Shown here: in pieces, positions 46,650 through 58,100 of the stretch | Position numbering within the stretch: position 1 is the first letter of the stretch | How the letters are laid out: the number at the start of each line of letters is the position of its first letter | DNA from: Rebecca billardiae RCC1528 | Lineage: Eukaryota; Protista; Haptophyta | Direction: 5' to 3' | DNA length: 64,000 nucleotides | Assembly: GCA_965240325.2 (NCBI GenBank) | Contig: OZ251252.1 | Coordinates: 124,001 to 188,000 of the forward strand | The notes under the pieces: generated by a model | The model's database searches: none | What the model was told of the DNA's origin: nothing | The model's input: the letters and a program-made list of their open reading frames with translations, nothing else | Position numbers and translations under genes: made by a program

Positions 46650-48743
46650 ATGTCGACGCCGATCGAGCGCCGCGTGCAGGAGGCGCTCGGCCAGCTCGAG
46701 CGCGCGCTGGACGAGGGCGGCGCGGACACCGACTCGACGCTGCCGCCGCTGCCGCTCCAGCCGCCGCCCATCACGGCGCCCGCGGGTGGCGGCGGCGGCG
46801 CGTCGGCCGGCGCGTTTGGCGGCGCCCGAGGCTGCTCCGTCTTCTCATTCGGCACCGGCAGCCCGTTCGGCGGCGGCGGCGGCGGTGGCGGCGGCGTGCT
46901 CAGCGCCGCCGCGCGCCTCTCCGGCGGGAGCGGCGCCCTGGGCGCGCGCGCCGCCGCCGCCGCGCTCGCCTCGCCCGGCGCCGCCGCCGCGAGCGCGTGT
47001 CGCCCGTGGTCGCGCGAGGACCTGTGCGCGCGCATCGGCACGTTCTCGGCGCGCACGTGGTTCGGCAAGCCGCCCGGCGTGGGCGCAATCGCGTGCGCGT
47101 CGCGCGGCTGGCGCAACGCCGAGTACGACTGGCTGCGCTGCGCCTCGTGCGCCGCGCGGCTGCGCGCGCCGCGCGCCGTCGCAGACTGGTCGGAGCGCGC
47201 AACCGCCGCGTTCGCCGCGCAGCTCGACGGCGCGCACGACGCGCTGTGCCCGTGGCGCGGCGTGTGCTGCGAGCCGGCGACGCTCGCGCTCGTGCTGCCC
47301 GCCGCCGACGCGCCGCCGCCCGGCGACGGCGACGGCCGTTCCGCCGACGGTTACGGCGGTTACGTTCTCGCGACGGGGCGGCAGCGCGCGCTGGGCCAGC
47401 TGCGCTCGCGGTACGCCGCGCTGCTCGAGCGGCGCGTGCTCGACGCTGAGGGCGCGCCCGCCGGGTACGCCGTGCCCGCCATCGCGCCCGACTTCCTCCG
47501 GACCGAGCTGCCCGCCGCCGCCGCGCTCGCGGGCGTGCGCGCCGCGGCGCGCGCGGAGGGCGGCGGCGCGGCCGAGGGCGGGGCGGAGGCGGCGGGGCGC
47601 GCGCTGCTCTCCGCTCTCGCGAGCGCCGCCGGCCTCCCCGACGCCGCCGCGTTCGCCGCCGCGCCGCGGGACGCCGAGGGCCGCGCGCGGGAAGCGGCGC
47701 TCTGTCTTGCGCTTCTCGGCTGGAGCTGGGCGGGCGTGCAGCCGGCGGGGGCGGCGCCGGCGGGCGCGCAGTCGGCGGCGGCGGCGGCCGAGGGCGGGCG
47801 CGGCGCTGCGGCGGGCGTGGGCTCGGCGCCGCCGCCGCACTCGGCGCAGCAGCAGCGGCAGACGGGCAGCCGGTACGACGCCGGCGTGCTCGTGTGCGCC
47901 GAGAGCGCTCGCCGTGTCGGCGCGTGGGCGTACGCGCGCGCCGACGCGCCGCCCGGTGCGCCCACGACCGCAGCCGCCGCCGCCGCCGCGTCGCCAGCGG
48001 GCGGCGGCGGCGGCGCGCTGAGCCCCGCGCTGCAAGTGCTGCTCGCGCAGGGCGGCACGGTGGGCGCCAAGCGCCGGCGGCAGGAGGGCGGCGGCGCGGG
48101 CTCCGCGCCCAAGGCCCTGCACCCCGTGCAAGCGCACGCGCCAGACTCGCCCTGGGTGGCCAGGCTGCCAGTGGTGCACGTGGCGCAGGGCGCCGGCGGC
48201 GCGGGCGGCGGGGCGGGGCGCGCGGGCGCGTGGGCGGTGGCCGCGGCGCTGCTCGCCGGCTCGGGCGCGGGCGGCGCCGCGCCGACCTCGCCGCTCTCGC
48301 CACCGGGCGCGCACGCGCGGCCAGCGCAGCCCGCCGCAGCCGCCGCCGCCGGCTCGCCCGGGCACGGGGGCGGCGCGGGCGCCTTCAGCTCAACTGTACG
48401 GACGTGCGGCGCGCCCCGCGCTGCGGCTGCCGCCACGGGCGGCGCCGGTAGCGCAGGCGCCCTCCCTGCTGCTGCTGCTGCGCGCGCCGGCGCGTGCGCC
48501 GCTCCGCGCTCACCCGCCCGTGCCTCGCCCCCGCCCGCCCTTCCGCCCGCTGCCGCGCCTGCCGCCGCCACCCGCCGCCCTGCCCTGGCCGCGACGCGTG
48601 CACACGCACACACACGCCTGCCTGCACGCCCGCCCCCTCGCCACCCGCCGCTGTGCCCCGCCTGCCCCCGCGCCTGGCCGCCGCAGGTTCGCTCCCTCTT
48701 TGACGCGGCCGTGCGCGGGCAATGGCGCGGCGGCCCCGCCTGA
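46650..48743 (+). CDS. C3HC zinc-finger protein (NIPA/ZC3HC1/Rsm1-like); probable in-frame intron 48396-48686
   Basis: CRPWSREDLCARIGTFS..WFGKP..ACASRGW..LRCASC..HDALCPW, plus a second half LALLGW..C..H..DSPW. Confidence 0.85.
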   Translation: MSTPIERRVQEALGQLERALDEGGADTDSTLPPLPLQPPPITAPAGGGGGASAGAFGGARGCSVFSFGTGSPFGGGGGGGGGVLSAAARLSGGSGALGARAAAAALASPGAAAASACRPWSREDLCARIGTFSARTWFGKPPGVGAIACASRGWRNAEYDWLRCASCAARLRAPRAVADWSERATAAFAAQLDGAHDALCPWRGVCCEPATLALVLPAADAPPPGDGDGRSADGYGGYVLATGRQRALGQLRSRYAALLERRVLDAEGAPAGYAVPAIAPDFLRTELPAAAALAGVRAAARAEGGGAAEGGAEAAGRALLSALASAAGLPDAAAFAAAPRDAEGRAREAALCLALLGWSWAGVQPAGAAPAGAQSAAAAAEGGRGAAAGVGSAPPPHSAQQQRQTGSRYDAGVLVCAESARRVGAWAYARADAPPGAPTTAAAAAAASPAGGGGGALSPALQVLLAQGGTVGAKRRRQEGGGAGSAPKALHPVQAHAPDSPWVARLPVVHVAQGAGGAGGGAGRAGAWAVAAALLAGSGAGGAAPTSPLSPPGAHARPAQPAAAAAAGSPGHGGGAGAFSSTVRTCGAPRAAAAATGGAGSAGALPAAAAARAGACAAPRSPARASPPPALPPAAAPAAATRRPALAATRAHAHTRLPARPPPRHPPLCPACPRAWPPQVRSLFDAAVRGQWRGGPA

Positions 48744-49376
48744 GCGCCGCCCGGCCCCCTGCCCGGCCCAGGTCCGGCCACGCGCGGCGGCTGCAGGGCT
48801 GCTCCCACGCATCCGCGGCGCTCGGCACACACACTCACTCACGAGCTGGCTGCCGGGCGGGCGCCCGCTCTCGACCGGCCGCCTGTGCCCAGCTCACGCG
48901 CTCACGGTCGGTCACAGGCGGCACACCCGAGTGGACGGCGCGTGGCACCTTGGCGCTGCCGTCCGCGAACGCGACCGAAAGCACTCGCGGCGCCACTGCG
49001 TGACTGTGACTGTCTGCGTCTGCTTACGCGGGCCCCGACTACGGCGCGCGCGGTGCAAGCAGAGTAACATCACGCGGCCGAGATCATATCAGTCAGTAGC
49101 ACCCCGGGCCGTGGCGGCACGATACTGCTACTACTTACTAGCAGGCGCGGGCACCGCCCGTCGCGCAGAGTCGTCCGCCGCCCGTGCGGCCGTGCGCACC
49201 CGGACCCGCGCGCATCGTCGGTGACGACTGACGGTCAACCGGCATGGCCCTTCCGACCGCGGCTCCGCGGGAGCAGCAGCCTGTCCCTCACTCCGACGAG
49301 TATAGACAGTCGGTAGATCGATGACAGTCATCCGTAGACAGTCGTCGTCTCCGCCTCGTCGGAGGGCTCGTCAGAG

Positions 49377-50990
49377 TTAGTCACTTAGAGGCCGCCGGTG
49401 GCGGCCGGGCCGCTGCTGCGGAGCGGGCGGGTCTGCGGCATCGCCATCGCGCTTCTGCCGCTGCGCCTTGGCCGCGGCCCTCTCCCAGGCCCTCGCGCGG
49501 CGCTTGGCCTTGAGCCACGCCGCGTTGGGCCTCTTGAGCGCGAGCGCGAGCGCCGCGCCCACCGCGAGCAGCGCGAGCACCGCCGCCGCCAGCAGCAGAG
49601 CGATCACGGCCGAGCCAGTGCGCGCGGCCGCGCACGTGGGCGCGAGGGTGTCGGCGCACGCGCACGCGCAGCCGGACCAGCCGGACTCCGGGCGCAGGTT
49701 GGCGCAGCGCAGCTCGGGCGGGGCGAAGGGGGCGCTCTCCGCCGCCTGGGGGCACCACACGCCCGGCGGCGAGAGCGCGGGCGGCGGCGGCGGCGGCGGC
49801 AGGCCGCGCGCCGCACCGCCGCCCGCCAGCCGCCGCGCGGAGCCACTGCCGCCGCCGCCGCCGCCGCCGCCGTCCCCACGCGCGGCGGGCGCGGCAGGAG
49901 GCGCAGCGGCCGTGGGCAGCGGGGCGGGCGTGCCCGCGCTCTGCAGCTTGCGCGCGTGCGGCCGCCGTCGGCGGCGCGCGTGGCCGGCGGCGGGGGCGAG
50001 CCACACGCCGCGGTTCAGGTGATCAAGGCATTCCGCCGCGCCTGCCGCCTCCGCCGCCGCCTCCGCCTCTCCGTCCGTGCGAGCGCCGCCGGCGTCGCCG
50101 CCGCCGCGGTGGGCGCGCACCAGCTCGCAGTGCCCGGCGCGCGCGATCCGCTTGCGCCAGAGCCACAGCGCGCCGCCAAAGAACCCGTACACCACCGCCG
50201 CCGCCGCGTGCAGCGTGGTCGACACCAGCACGCCGCCGCGGTGCCCCAGGCTGACCATGAGCAGGCTGTACACAGCGGTGCCCACGGGCAGCACGGACGC
50301 GCACGCCGCGATCGTGCCTGAGTAGCGCTGCGCCTGCCGAGGGCGAGGGGGGCGGAGGTCACCATCGGCATCATCCGGCAGGCACAAACGTACCCACACA
50401 TAGGCAGTAGGAGTAGGAGTACGAGTAGGAGCAGGAGTATAGGGGTGGGCACATGTGTGTCACGCGAGTGCGCGCAGGCGCAGGCAAAGGGCGAGCGCGT
50501 GTGAGCGGCGGTGGGCCCCGCGCGGCGCCCGGCGGCAGCAGAGCACGCCGCCACCGCCGCTTCCGCGCGTGCGCGCGCGCGCGCGCACGATCGTTCCGTC
50601 GTCCTCCTCCTCGTCCGCGTCCGCGCGCTCGCCAATCGGCGGTGGCAGCAGGCCACCGCTCGCGTCGCAGCGGCCGAGCAGGAGCTGGTGCTCGGCGAGG
50701 CGGTCCTCGCACGCGCGCGCGTCGGGCGTGACGAGCAGCGCCACCCGCGCGTGGAACGCCAGCGTCACGCCGAGCAGCACGACGCCGAGCAGCAGCAGAG
50801 CGCCGTTGAGCGCGACGGCGGCCATGAACGCCGGAGGCGGCTCGCCCGGGGGCGGTGGCGGGGCGGGGGGAGGCTTGGACGCGGGCTCGGGGGGCTCGGG
50901 CGGCGCGTCGCTGCGCGGCTCCTCGGCGTCGAGCGCCGGCTGCGCCTCCGCCGCCGCGGGCGCCGACGTGCGCGCGCCGCAGTTGCCCAT
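49377..50990 (-). CDS. Uncharacterised multi-pass membrane protein; join complement(49377..50333,50589..50990)
   Basis: About four hydrophobic segments. The MGNCG N-terminus resembles a myristoylation/palmitoylation site. A phase-0 intron ATC|gtgcgc..ggcag|GCG fits. Confidence 0.55.
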
Positions 50991-51308
50991 CACGATTCAC
51001 GGGCGGCCTGTACAACGATGGCCGCGGGGAGCGCCGCCGAAAAGTTGCACGCGGCGAGTACGTGTACAGTTATGGGGGTACTGTATGGGGGTAATGCGGC
51101 TGGATGTTCTATTGCGCCCGCCATCCTTCTCAACCTTTTGAAACATGACGCGTGGCACGTCGGTACACGTGTGCGGCGCGACTCGGGCTCGATCCCTAGT
51201 CCCAGGGGCTGCGCACTGACCACGGCGTGGTCGCTCGGCCTCAGCCCTCAGGCCAGCCCTCGAGCGCGTCGTAGTCGTCGCGGCCGACCAAGCTGACGCT
51301 GTGCCCGC

Positions 51309-51836
51309 TCACACCGCCGTGGCGGGTGGCTTCTCGTTGAAGTGGCAGCCGTTGTCGATCGCCCCAGACTCCTCCAGGTCGATGTGCTGCATCTGCTGCC
51401 CGAGCGCGCACGGCCCGCAGAAGCACACCAGCAGGCACGACGTGCACTGGCTCTCGCCCGTGTTGTACTTTTGGACAATCTTGGTGCGCAGAATGTACGA
51501 GAAGACGACCAGCCCGACGAGGATCAGGTCCGGGATGTTGAGGAACATCGGGTGGAGGTCCCCGGACGTCGAGAGCCAGTCGAGGACGAACTCGACGAGC
51601 ATGATCAGCAGCCAGACCGCGAGGGTGCCGAGGAGAACTTGCTGGAACGGGAAAGTGCCGGAGCGGCCGGCGGAGCGAGCGTAGCCAATGCACGGAAGGC
51701 ACGCGGAGAAGCAGAAGATGCCTGGGCACTGGCCGAAGCAGCTGAACAGATCGGCCTGCCAGCCCCGCCGCTGGGCCATCAGGCCACCCACCGGCTTGGC
51801 ATCGGCGACCACCGGCTTCTGCTCCGCGCCGCTCAT
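51309..51836 (-). CDS. PLAC8/cornifelin-family Cys-rich membrane protein
   Basis: WQADLFSCF..CFSACLPCIGY..LRTKIVQKYN..CLLVCFCGPCALGQ. Confidence 0.9.
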   Translation of the reverse strand: MSGAEQKPVVADAKPVGGLMAQRRGWQADLFSCFGQCPGIFCFSACLPCIGYARSAGRSGTFPFQQVLLGTLAVWLLIMLVEFVLDWLSTSGDLHPMFLNIPDLILVGLVVFSYILRTKIVQKYNTGESQCTSCLLVCFCGPCALGQQMQHIDLEESGAIDNGCHFNEKPPATAV

Positions 51837-52151
51837 GTCGCTCGCTGTGTGTGTGTGTATTCCATTCGCACACCCGCGCAGTGACGACCGCGCAGATGGC
51901 GCGGGCGCGGACGCGAGGCCAGGGGTTGGGGGTGTGGGGGAATCGTGACATCAGGCACCACGCGCGCGATGGATCCGTCCGGCTCGACTCAAATCGCCGC
52001 TTCGATCAGCCAGCTCGCGCGGGGGGCGGCGCACCTGCTTGCACTTGACAAGAGCCGAAGGACTCGACGCGACGGCTCGCGAACGCCGAGGGAATACAGC
52101 ATAAAAGTATTGCGGGTACGGCTCGCCATATTCGGAATAGCCATTCACTTT

Positions 52152-54064
52152 TGCTATGTTACGGGTAACGTGGGTTTGCGAGTACGCGGCGAGCTCATGG
52201 TCCGGACCCGTCGATCGGGTCCCTCCCGCCTGTGCTCGTTTTGGGTGGCGTCACGACGCCACCCTAAACGAGCGCTCCGCGCCGCCTCGGCGGCGCGTGG
52301 GCAGCTACCACCGGCCAGTCCAATCGGACGACAGGGCCGAGGACCCAAACGGATCGGCATGGGCTCCTCACGCCGCCGGCGCGGCACACGAGGAGCACCA
52401 GCCACCCCAATCGGGGGAGCGGAGGGCGAATCCGGCCTCCACTCTCTCACGCCTGGCGACGACGGTGGGTCGCCCGGCGCCGATGGTGCCGTTACCGGCA
52501 GCGAGCCCTCGGTGGGGGCTCCTGGTGACGAAGACGCTGAACCGGACGACGCTGGCCCTACCGGTGCTGGCGGTCGCCTTCAGCGTGGTGCTGAGAACCG
52601 GCTACCCGGTGAACACACGCTACCGCCGCGAGCGCACAACGCAAACGCACGTGGGCTCGCAGTGGACGAGGCGGTACTTGGAGGATCGCCTGGGGCGAAT
52701 GGAATCGCGACTACGGGAGTTGGAGTCGACGAACGGTGAGCTGCGACAGGCGAACGAGCGGCTCTCGGCGGCGGCTACCAGGCACGACGAGGACGCGCGG
52801 CGTCTGGATCCTTCGACGAATCGGCGTTTTTGTCGCTTCGTTGATGGGAATCCGGGCCGCGTGGACGCCGGAGTGGACCCTCGCGACCGGACTGTCCCAC
52901 GGCTGATGGTGCCAGATACCGACGCAGCTCGGAACCTATGGGTGATGGGACGCGACTACTCGCGCCAATCGGCGCTTTTCAAGGGGTACATTTACTCCAA
53001 CGCGGTGGAATACTACCTGTACAACGTGGCCGGTACGATCCAATATCTGCTGGACAGCTTCGGTCGCAACGACCTCGATTCTGAGGAGCTCGAAATCGAG
53101 CTCGAAGCTTGCTGGAATACCATCGATAAGCTTCTGGAAATCACTGGCTCCGTCAAAGCGGTACCTATCCTTCGCTCGCGATTCGCTGCAAACATGCAGC
53201 CTGGCGACGAGCAGCACGCTGCGTATGCGCTACGCGCCAAGCAGATCGAGGATCTGCACCGCCCGGCTCTCCCGGAGATCTCTCCGCAAGTGGACGAGAT
53301 CCTGCGCGCCGCCGATCGGGCGGTCGACGCTGCCGTGGCTAAGCAGCAGGCTGCTGCGGCCGCCCTCGCGCGCACGGTGAAGCCGACCAAGCTTCCGGTG
53401 CAACCGCTGGGGCGGCAGCCGCCTGGTCCCCCGGGGACCACCCCCGATGTCCACAAGGACCGACCCGTCGGCAGAGACCGACCTGCAGGGGCGACTGCCC
53501 CACGTGCGGGCACCGCCCGCCCCGCGCCGCCGCGCGACCACGCGCGAGCCGCTCACGCCGAACTGGACGAGGACAACCACACGTCCGACGAGTAACGATG
53601 CCGACGTCGACGTCGACATCGCCCGGATGGCGATCAACGCCAGTCCGCTCCCCACAGCCGCACGCTCGGCTGGTACGGCATCCTGCATGCCCCGCCGCTG
53701 TTGGCCATCCTCGGCGCGCACCCGTGCTCTTTGGTGGCAAATCATCGAGCCGTGACTCTTAGCAAATGCTATGTTACGGGTAACGTGGGTTTGCGAGTAC
53801 GCGGCGAGCTCATGGTCCGGACCCGTCGATCGGGTCCCTCCCGCCTGTGCTCGTTTTGGGTGGCGTCACGACGCCACCCTAACCCACCACGCCCCCCCCT
53901 GATGCTCGTTTTGGAGTGGGGGCCCGCAGCGACCGCACCCACTGGGCGTGGATCAGCCGCGGACCGACGCTGAGGGCCAGCCGGCCCCATCTGGGACTGC
54001 TGCCCCTCTGTCTGATGATTAACGTAGCTGCCTGGCAAATCATCGAGCCGTGACTCTTAGCAAA
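52152..54064 (+). mobile_element. Internally deleted tyrosine-recombinase retrotransposon (Ngaro/PAT/TOC1 split-direct-repeat type)
   Basis: A1 52152-52267 equals A2 53767-53882 (116 bp), and B1 53735-53766 equals B2 54033-54064 (32 bp). The order is A1-ORF-B1A2-B2. No TSD was seen, and GC is lower than in host genes. Confidence 0.75.
52156..53595 (+). CDS. Gag-like ORF1 of the split-direct-repeat element (start uncertain)
   Basis: 479-aa ORF with a coiled coil (LEDRLGRMESRLRELESTNGELRQANERL), a helical core and a Pro-rich tail. It occupies the ORF1 position. Confidence 0.55.
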   Translation: MLRVTWVCEYAASSWSGPVDRVPPACARFGWRHDATLNERSAPPRRRVGSYHRPVQSDDRAEDPNGSAWAPHAAGAAHEEHQPPQSGERRANPASTLSRLATTVGRPAPMVPLPAASPRWGLLVTKTLNRTTLALPVLAVAFSVVLRTGYPVNTRYRRERTTQTHVGSQWTRRYLEDRLGRMESRLRELESTNGELRQANERLSAAATRHDEDARRLDPSTNRRFCRFVDGNPGRVDAGVDPRDRTVPRLMVPDTDAARNLWVMGRDYSRQSALFKGYIYSNAVEYYLYNVAGTIQYLLDSFGRNDLDSEELEIELEACWNTIDKLLEITGSVKAVPILRSRFAANMQPGDEQHAAYALRAKQIEDLHRPALPEISPQVDEILRAADRAVDAAVAKQQAAAAALARTVKPTKLPVQPLGRQPPGPPGTTPDVHKDRPVGRDRPAGATAPRAGTARPAPPRDHARAAHAELDEDNHTSDE

Positions 54065-54380
54065 CCCGGTCGGTACGCCGTATGTATAGCGCGCGCTCAA
54101 ATTTGAGCGCAGCCCCAAGCAGGCAGGCGATATTATTTTGAGCGATTTTCCCCGCGCGGATTTTCCACCTGACCGCAACTACAGACGTCGCGCCCCCGAG
54201 TCAAGTCCAGAGCGACTCACGAGGGCGTACCTACCGGTCAAGGGGCGCTTCATCAACCGATTGAGACCGCGTAGCTCTGATCGAATGTCACACGTATCAT
54301 GCCAGTGCTGTAGAGTGTAGAAGACCGAGGCTGGCCCAATGACAACTCAGCGCCCTGCCGCCGGCGCAACCGTCTTCAGT

Positions 54381-54911
54381 TCAGACGGCCGCGCCCGACA
54401 TGGAGAGCAGCGCCGTGCCGAGCACGGTGATCACGACCCCCGCCGTCTTCGTCGTGCTCACGCCCTCGCCAAAGCACACCGAGCCAATCGCCGCGAGCGA
54501 CGCGATCACGACCGCCGACCAGACGGCATACGCGATCCCGATCTCGAGATAGCGCAGCGAGAAGTTGAACGCCACAAAGGAGGCGGCGTAGAGGAGCGAG
54601 CCGATGATGGACGGGACGGGGCGGACGAAGCCCTCGCCCAGCTTGAGCAGCACGCCCGACGCCAGCTCGAACACCGTCGCCATCGCCAGGATGGCCCAGC
54701 CGCGCGTCGCGCCTTGGCCGAGCCCGGCGAGCAGCGACGACGGCGCGGCGCCGCCGCCCTCGACGCCGCCGCCGCGCGCGCGGCGCAGGAGCGCGGGCCG
54801 CGCGGGGCGGAGCGCGGAGTGCTGTTGGGAGAGCGCCGCGCCCGTGCCGAGCACGCTCAACGCGACGGCGAGGCCGAGGGCGACGCGCGGGCGCCGCGTG
54901 GCGCTCGGCAT
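54381..54911 (-). CDS. Small multidrug resistance (SMR, EmrE/QacE-like) transporter with an N-terminal signal/transit extension
   Basis: WAILAMATVFELASGVLLKLGEGF (Glu14 equivalent), LLYAASF, LEIGIAYAVWSA and FGE..TTKTAGVVITVLGT; four TM segments. Confidence 0.88.
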   Translation of the reverse strand: MPSATRRPRVALGLAVALSVLGTGAALSQQHSALRPARPALLRRARGGGVEGGGAAPSSLLAGLGQGATRGWAILAMATVFELASGVLLKLGEGFVRPVPSIIGSLLYAASFVAFNFSLRYLEIGIAYAVWSAVVIASLAAIGSVCFGEGVSTTKTAGVVITVLGTALLSMSGAAV

Positions 54912-55124
54912 GCTGATCGACGGCGGCTTGATTCCTTCCTCGCGCAGCAATCAAGAGCCGGCCGCCGACCGGCGGAAAAAGCAGCCGCATGACGACATTA
55001 TTCGGCAGTTCGGCTGGAAGGTTCCGGGTACGACAATACAAAGGCCGGCCAGTTGCCCCGCCAGGCCCGGGCGGCGCTTTTCAAAAGCGCGTGGCGGGCG
55101 CGCACGCGTGCGCAGTGCTGCACG

Positions 55125-58100
55125 ATGGTGCCGAGCAGCGTCGAGCGCGAGCTGCGCGCGCTGCAGCGCGAGCTCGACCGGGCGGCGCCGCCCGCGTGGC
55201 CGCCGCCGGGCGACGGCGCGGAGGCGTACATCTTCTCGCTCCACGCCTCGCCGCTGCGCGCGCACCACCACGCCGCCGCCTCTGGCGGCGGCGCGCCGCC
55301 GCCGCCGTCCGCCGCGGCCGCCGGCGCCGCCGCGTCGATCGAGCACCCGGCGGCGGGCGCGGAGCTGGCGTTCGCGCGGCGCGAGGTGGCGGACCTGGAG
55401 CGCGCGCTCGGATACACCACGCAGGCGCTCGCAGCCGAGCGCGTCGAGGCGCGCCAGCTGCGCGCAGAGCTCGAGCGCTCGCGCACCGCCGCGGCCGCGC
55501 TGCGCGCCGAGCTCGCGCGCGCGGACGAGGCGGAGGCGTCGCTCGGCGCGGCGCGCGCGGAGGCGCGCGCCGGCCGCGCGGCGGTGTCGCGCGTCCGCGC
55601 GCTCTCCGTCGGCGGCGGCGGCGGCGTGGACGAGGCGGAGCGCGCGGCGGAGCGCGCGGCGCGCGCGCACGCGCTGCGCGCGCTGTGCGCGCCCGCGCTC
55701 GGTGCGTGGCGCGAGCGAACTGTCGGCGGCGAGGGCGCGTGGGCGCGGCACGGCGGCGGGCTGCGCCGCGCAGCGCAGGGCGGCCGCCGCGCCTCCGCCG
55801 CCGACCGCTCCACCGCCGCCGTCGCCGCCCTCGCGCGCCGCGTCCTGCGCGAGCGGCAGCGGCGGCGCGCGCTGGAGGCGATGCGCGCCGCGGCCGAGGC
55901 GGCGGCGCGCACGGCCGCGGCCGCGCGCTCCGCGCTCGCGCTGTGGAGCGGCGCGCGCGCGCGCCGCGCGTGGGTGAGCGTGTGGGCGCCGCGCGCGCGC
56001 GCCCACGCGCGCGCGCTGCGCGCCGCGCGCGCCGCGCTCGTGGGGCGCCGCGCGCTGCGCGCGTGGCGCGCGCAGCGCGCGGCCGCGCGCGGCGCGGCCG
56101 CGGCGCGCGCCGGCGGCGCGCGCTGGCGAGCGCAGTCAGCCGCGCGCGCCACGCGCGCGTGGCGCGCGGCGGCGGCGGCGCGCTCCGCGGCGGCGCGCGC
56201 GGCGCGTGTGGCGGCGCGCCAGTGGCGCGGCGACGCGCGCGCGCGCGCGCTGCGCGCGTGGCGCGCGGACGCGGCGCGCGCGCAGCGCGCGCGGCGCGCG
56301 CTCGGCGGCGCGCTCGCGCGCTGGCGGCGCGCCGAGCGCGCGCGCGCGCTGCGCGCGTGGGCGGACGCGTGCGCCGCGCGCGTGGCGGCGCGGCGCGGCG
56401 AGCGCGTGGCGGCGGAGGCGCGGCGTCATCCGCGCCGCGCGCGCGCGCGCGCCGCGCTGCGCGCCTGGCGCCGCGCCGCGCGCGCGCGCGCCGACGGCTC
56501 GCGCGCGCGGCGCGCGGCCGCGGCGCGCGCGCGCTGGCCTGCGGCGCTTGGCGCCGCGCTGCGCGCCGCGCTGCGCGCCGTTGCAGCGGCCGACCTCGCG
56601 CTGGGCGTGGGCGGGTACGCGGAGGGTGGCGGCGGCGGGCACGGCGTCGCGGCGGCCGGCGCCGCGCGCACGCAGCTCGGCAGCGAGCCGCCTACGCCGC
56701 TGCGCGCGGCGGGGGCCGAGCTGGCGGGGGCCAAGGCCGCGGACGGCGCGGGCGCCGCGGCGGCGGCGCCTGTCGCGCCGCGCGCCGCCGCCACTGGCGG
56801 CGTCGGCGGCGGCGGCGCCGATGGCACCGCGCCCGCCGGGCTCTCGTCGCCGCGCGCGCGCGCGGAGGCGCGCGCCAGCCTCGGCGGCGCCGCCGGCGCC
56901 ACCGCGCCCGACGCCGCCGCCGCCGCGCAGAATGACGCCCCTACCGCGGCCGCGCTCGCGCGGCTTGCGACACAGCTGGCGGAGGCGGAGGCGCGCGTGG
57001 CCGCGGCGTGCGCGGAGCTGCCGCGGCTGCGCGCGCGCGGCGGCGGTGGCGGCGTGGGCTGGGAGGCGGTGCTCGGCGGCAGCGGCGTGGGCTACTCCGC
57101 CGAGCCCTGGCTCGCCGACGGCCCCGCCGGCCTCGCCGCCACCAACGCCGCGGCAGCCGCGGCAGCCGCGGCCGCCGCCGCCGCCGCCGCCGCCGCCGCG
57201 GCCGACGCGGATGCGGACGACGGACCCGACGACGAGCAGCGATCGCTGGCCGCGCTGACGGCGCACACGTGCGGCGCGGCGCTCGCGTGCGCGCGCGGGC
57301 GGCTGCGCGACGCGACGCGCCACGCCGCCGAGGCGCACGTCTCCTCCGCCCTCGACTCGGAACTGCATGCGCTGCAGCAGCAGCAGGCAGCACTTCGGCG
57401 CTCGCACGCGGACCTGGCCGCGGCGCTTGCGGCGGTTTCGGCGGTGCTGCGGGGCGACGCGGCCAAGCCCGCCGCGTCGCTGCAGGGCGCGGCGGCGGCG
57501 CTCGAGGGCGTGCAGGCGCAGCTGCGCGCCGCGCTCGCCGACGCCGCCGACGCGCGCGCGGCGGAGGCGGCGCGCGCGGACGCGGCGGAGGGCGCGGGCG
57601 CGCGCGCGGCCGCGCTCGCGCGCGCCGGCGCGGTGCATGCGCGCGCGCTCGCCGCCGCGCTGCGCGACGCCGAGGCGGAGGCGGCGGCGGAGGCGGAGGC
57701 GCGGCGCGGCGCGGAGGCCGAGTGCGCCGAGCTCACCGACGCCGTCCACTTCCTCCGCCGCCTCGCCGCCGTGGACGCGCGCGAACACACGGCGCGCGCC
57801 AACGCCGTCGGCGCACACGTGGCGGAGGCGGAGGCGGAGGCGCAAACGGCGCGCGAGCTGTCGCTCGGGCTCGCCGCCGCGCTCGGCGACGCGCTGGACG
57901 GCGTGGCGGGCGCGGAGGCGCTCGCGGCGCACGCGGCCGCGCTCGGCGCGCGCCTCGCGCCCGGCGCGGGCAGCGTGCCCTGGGCGGAGCTGAGGGAGGC
58001 GGCGGCGGCGCTCGCGCCGCGCGCGGCCGGCGGCTCTGGTGGCGGCCGCGTGCCGCCGGCGCTCGCGGCGGAGGCGGGGCGGCCGGTACAGCACCGCTAC

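Noticed and set aside
43064-47449. Very long Arg/Ala/Pro-rich ORFs antisense to or overlapping real genes (here and throughout)
   Set aside because: These are shadow ORFs expected from stop-codon scarcity at extreme GC; they contain no domain motifs.
54012-54064. Hammerhead ribozyme (CTGATGA core) at the retroelement 3' end
   Set aside because: There is no correctly placed GAAA or stem set; only a simple GATGATT/AATCATC hairpin.
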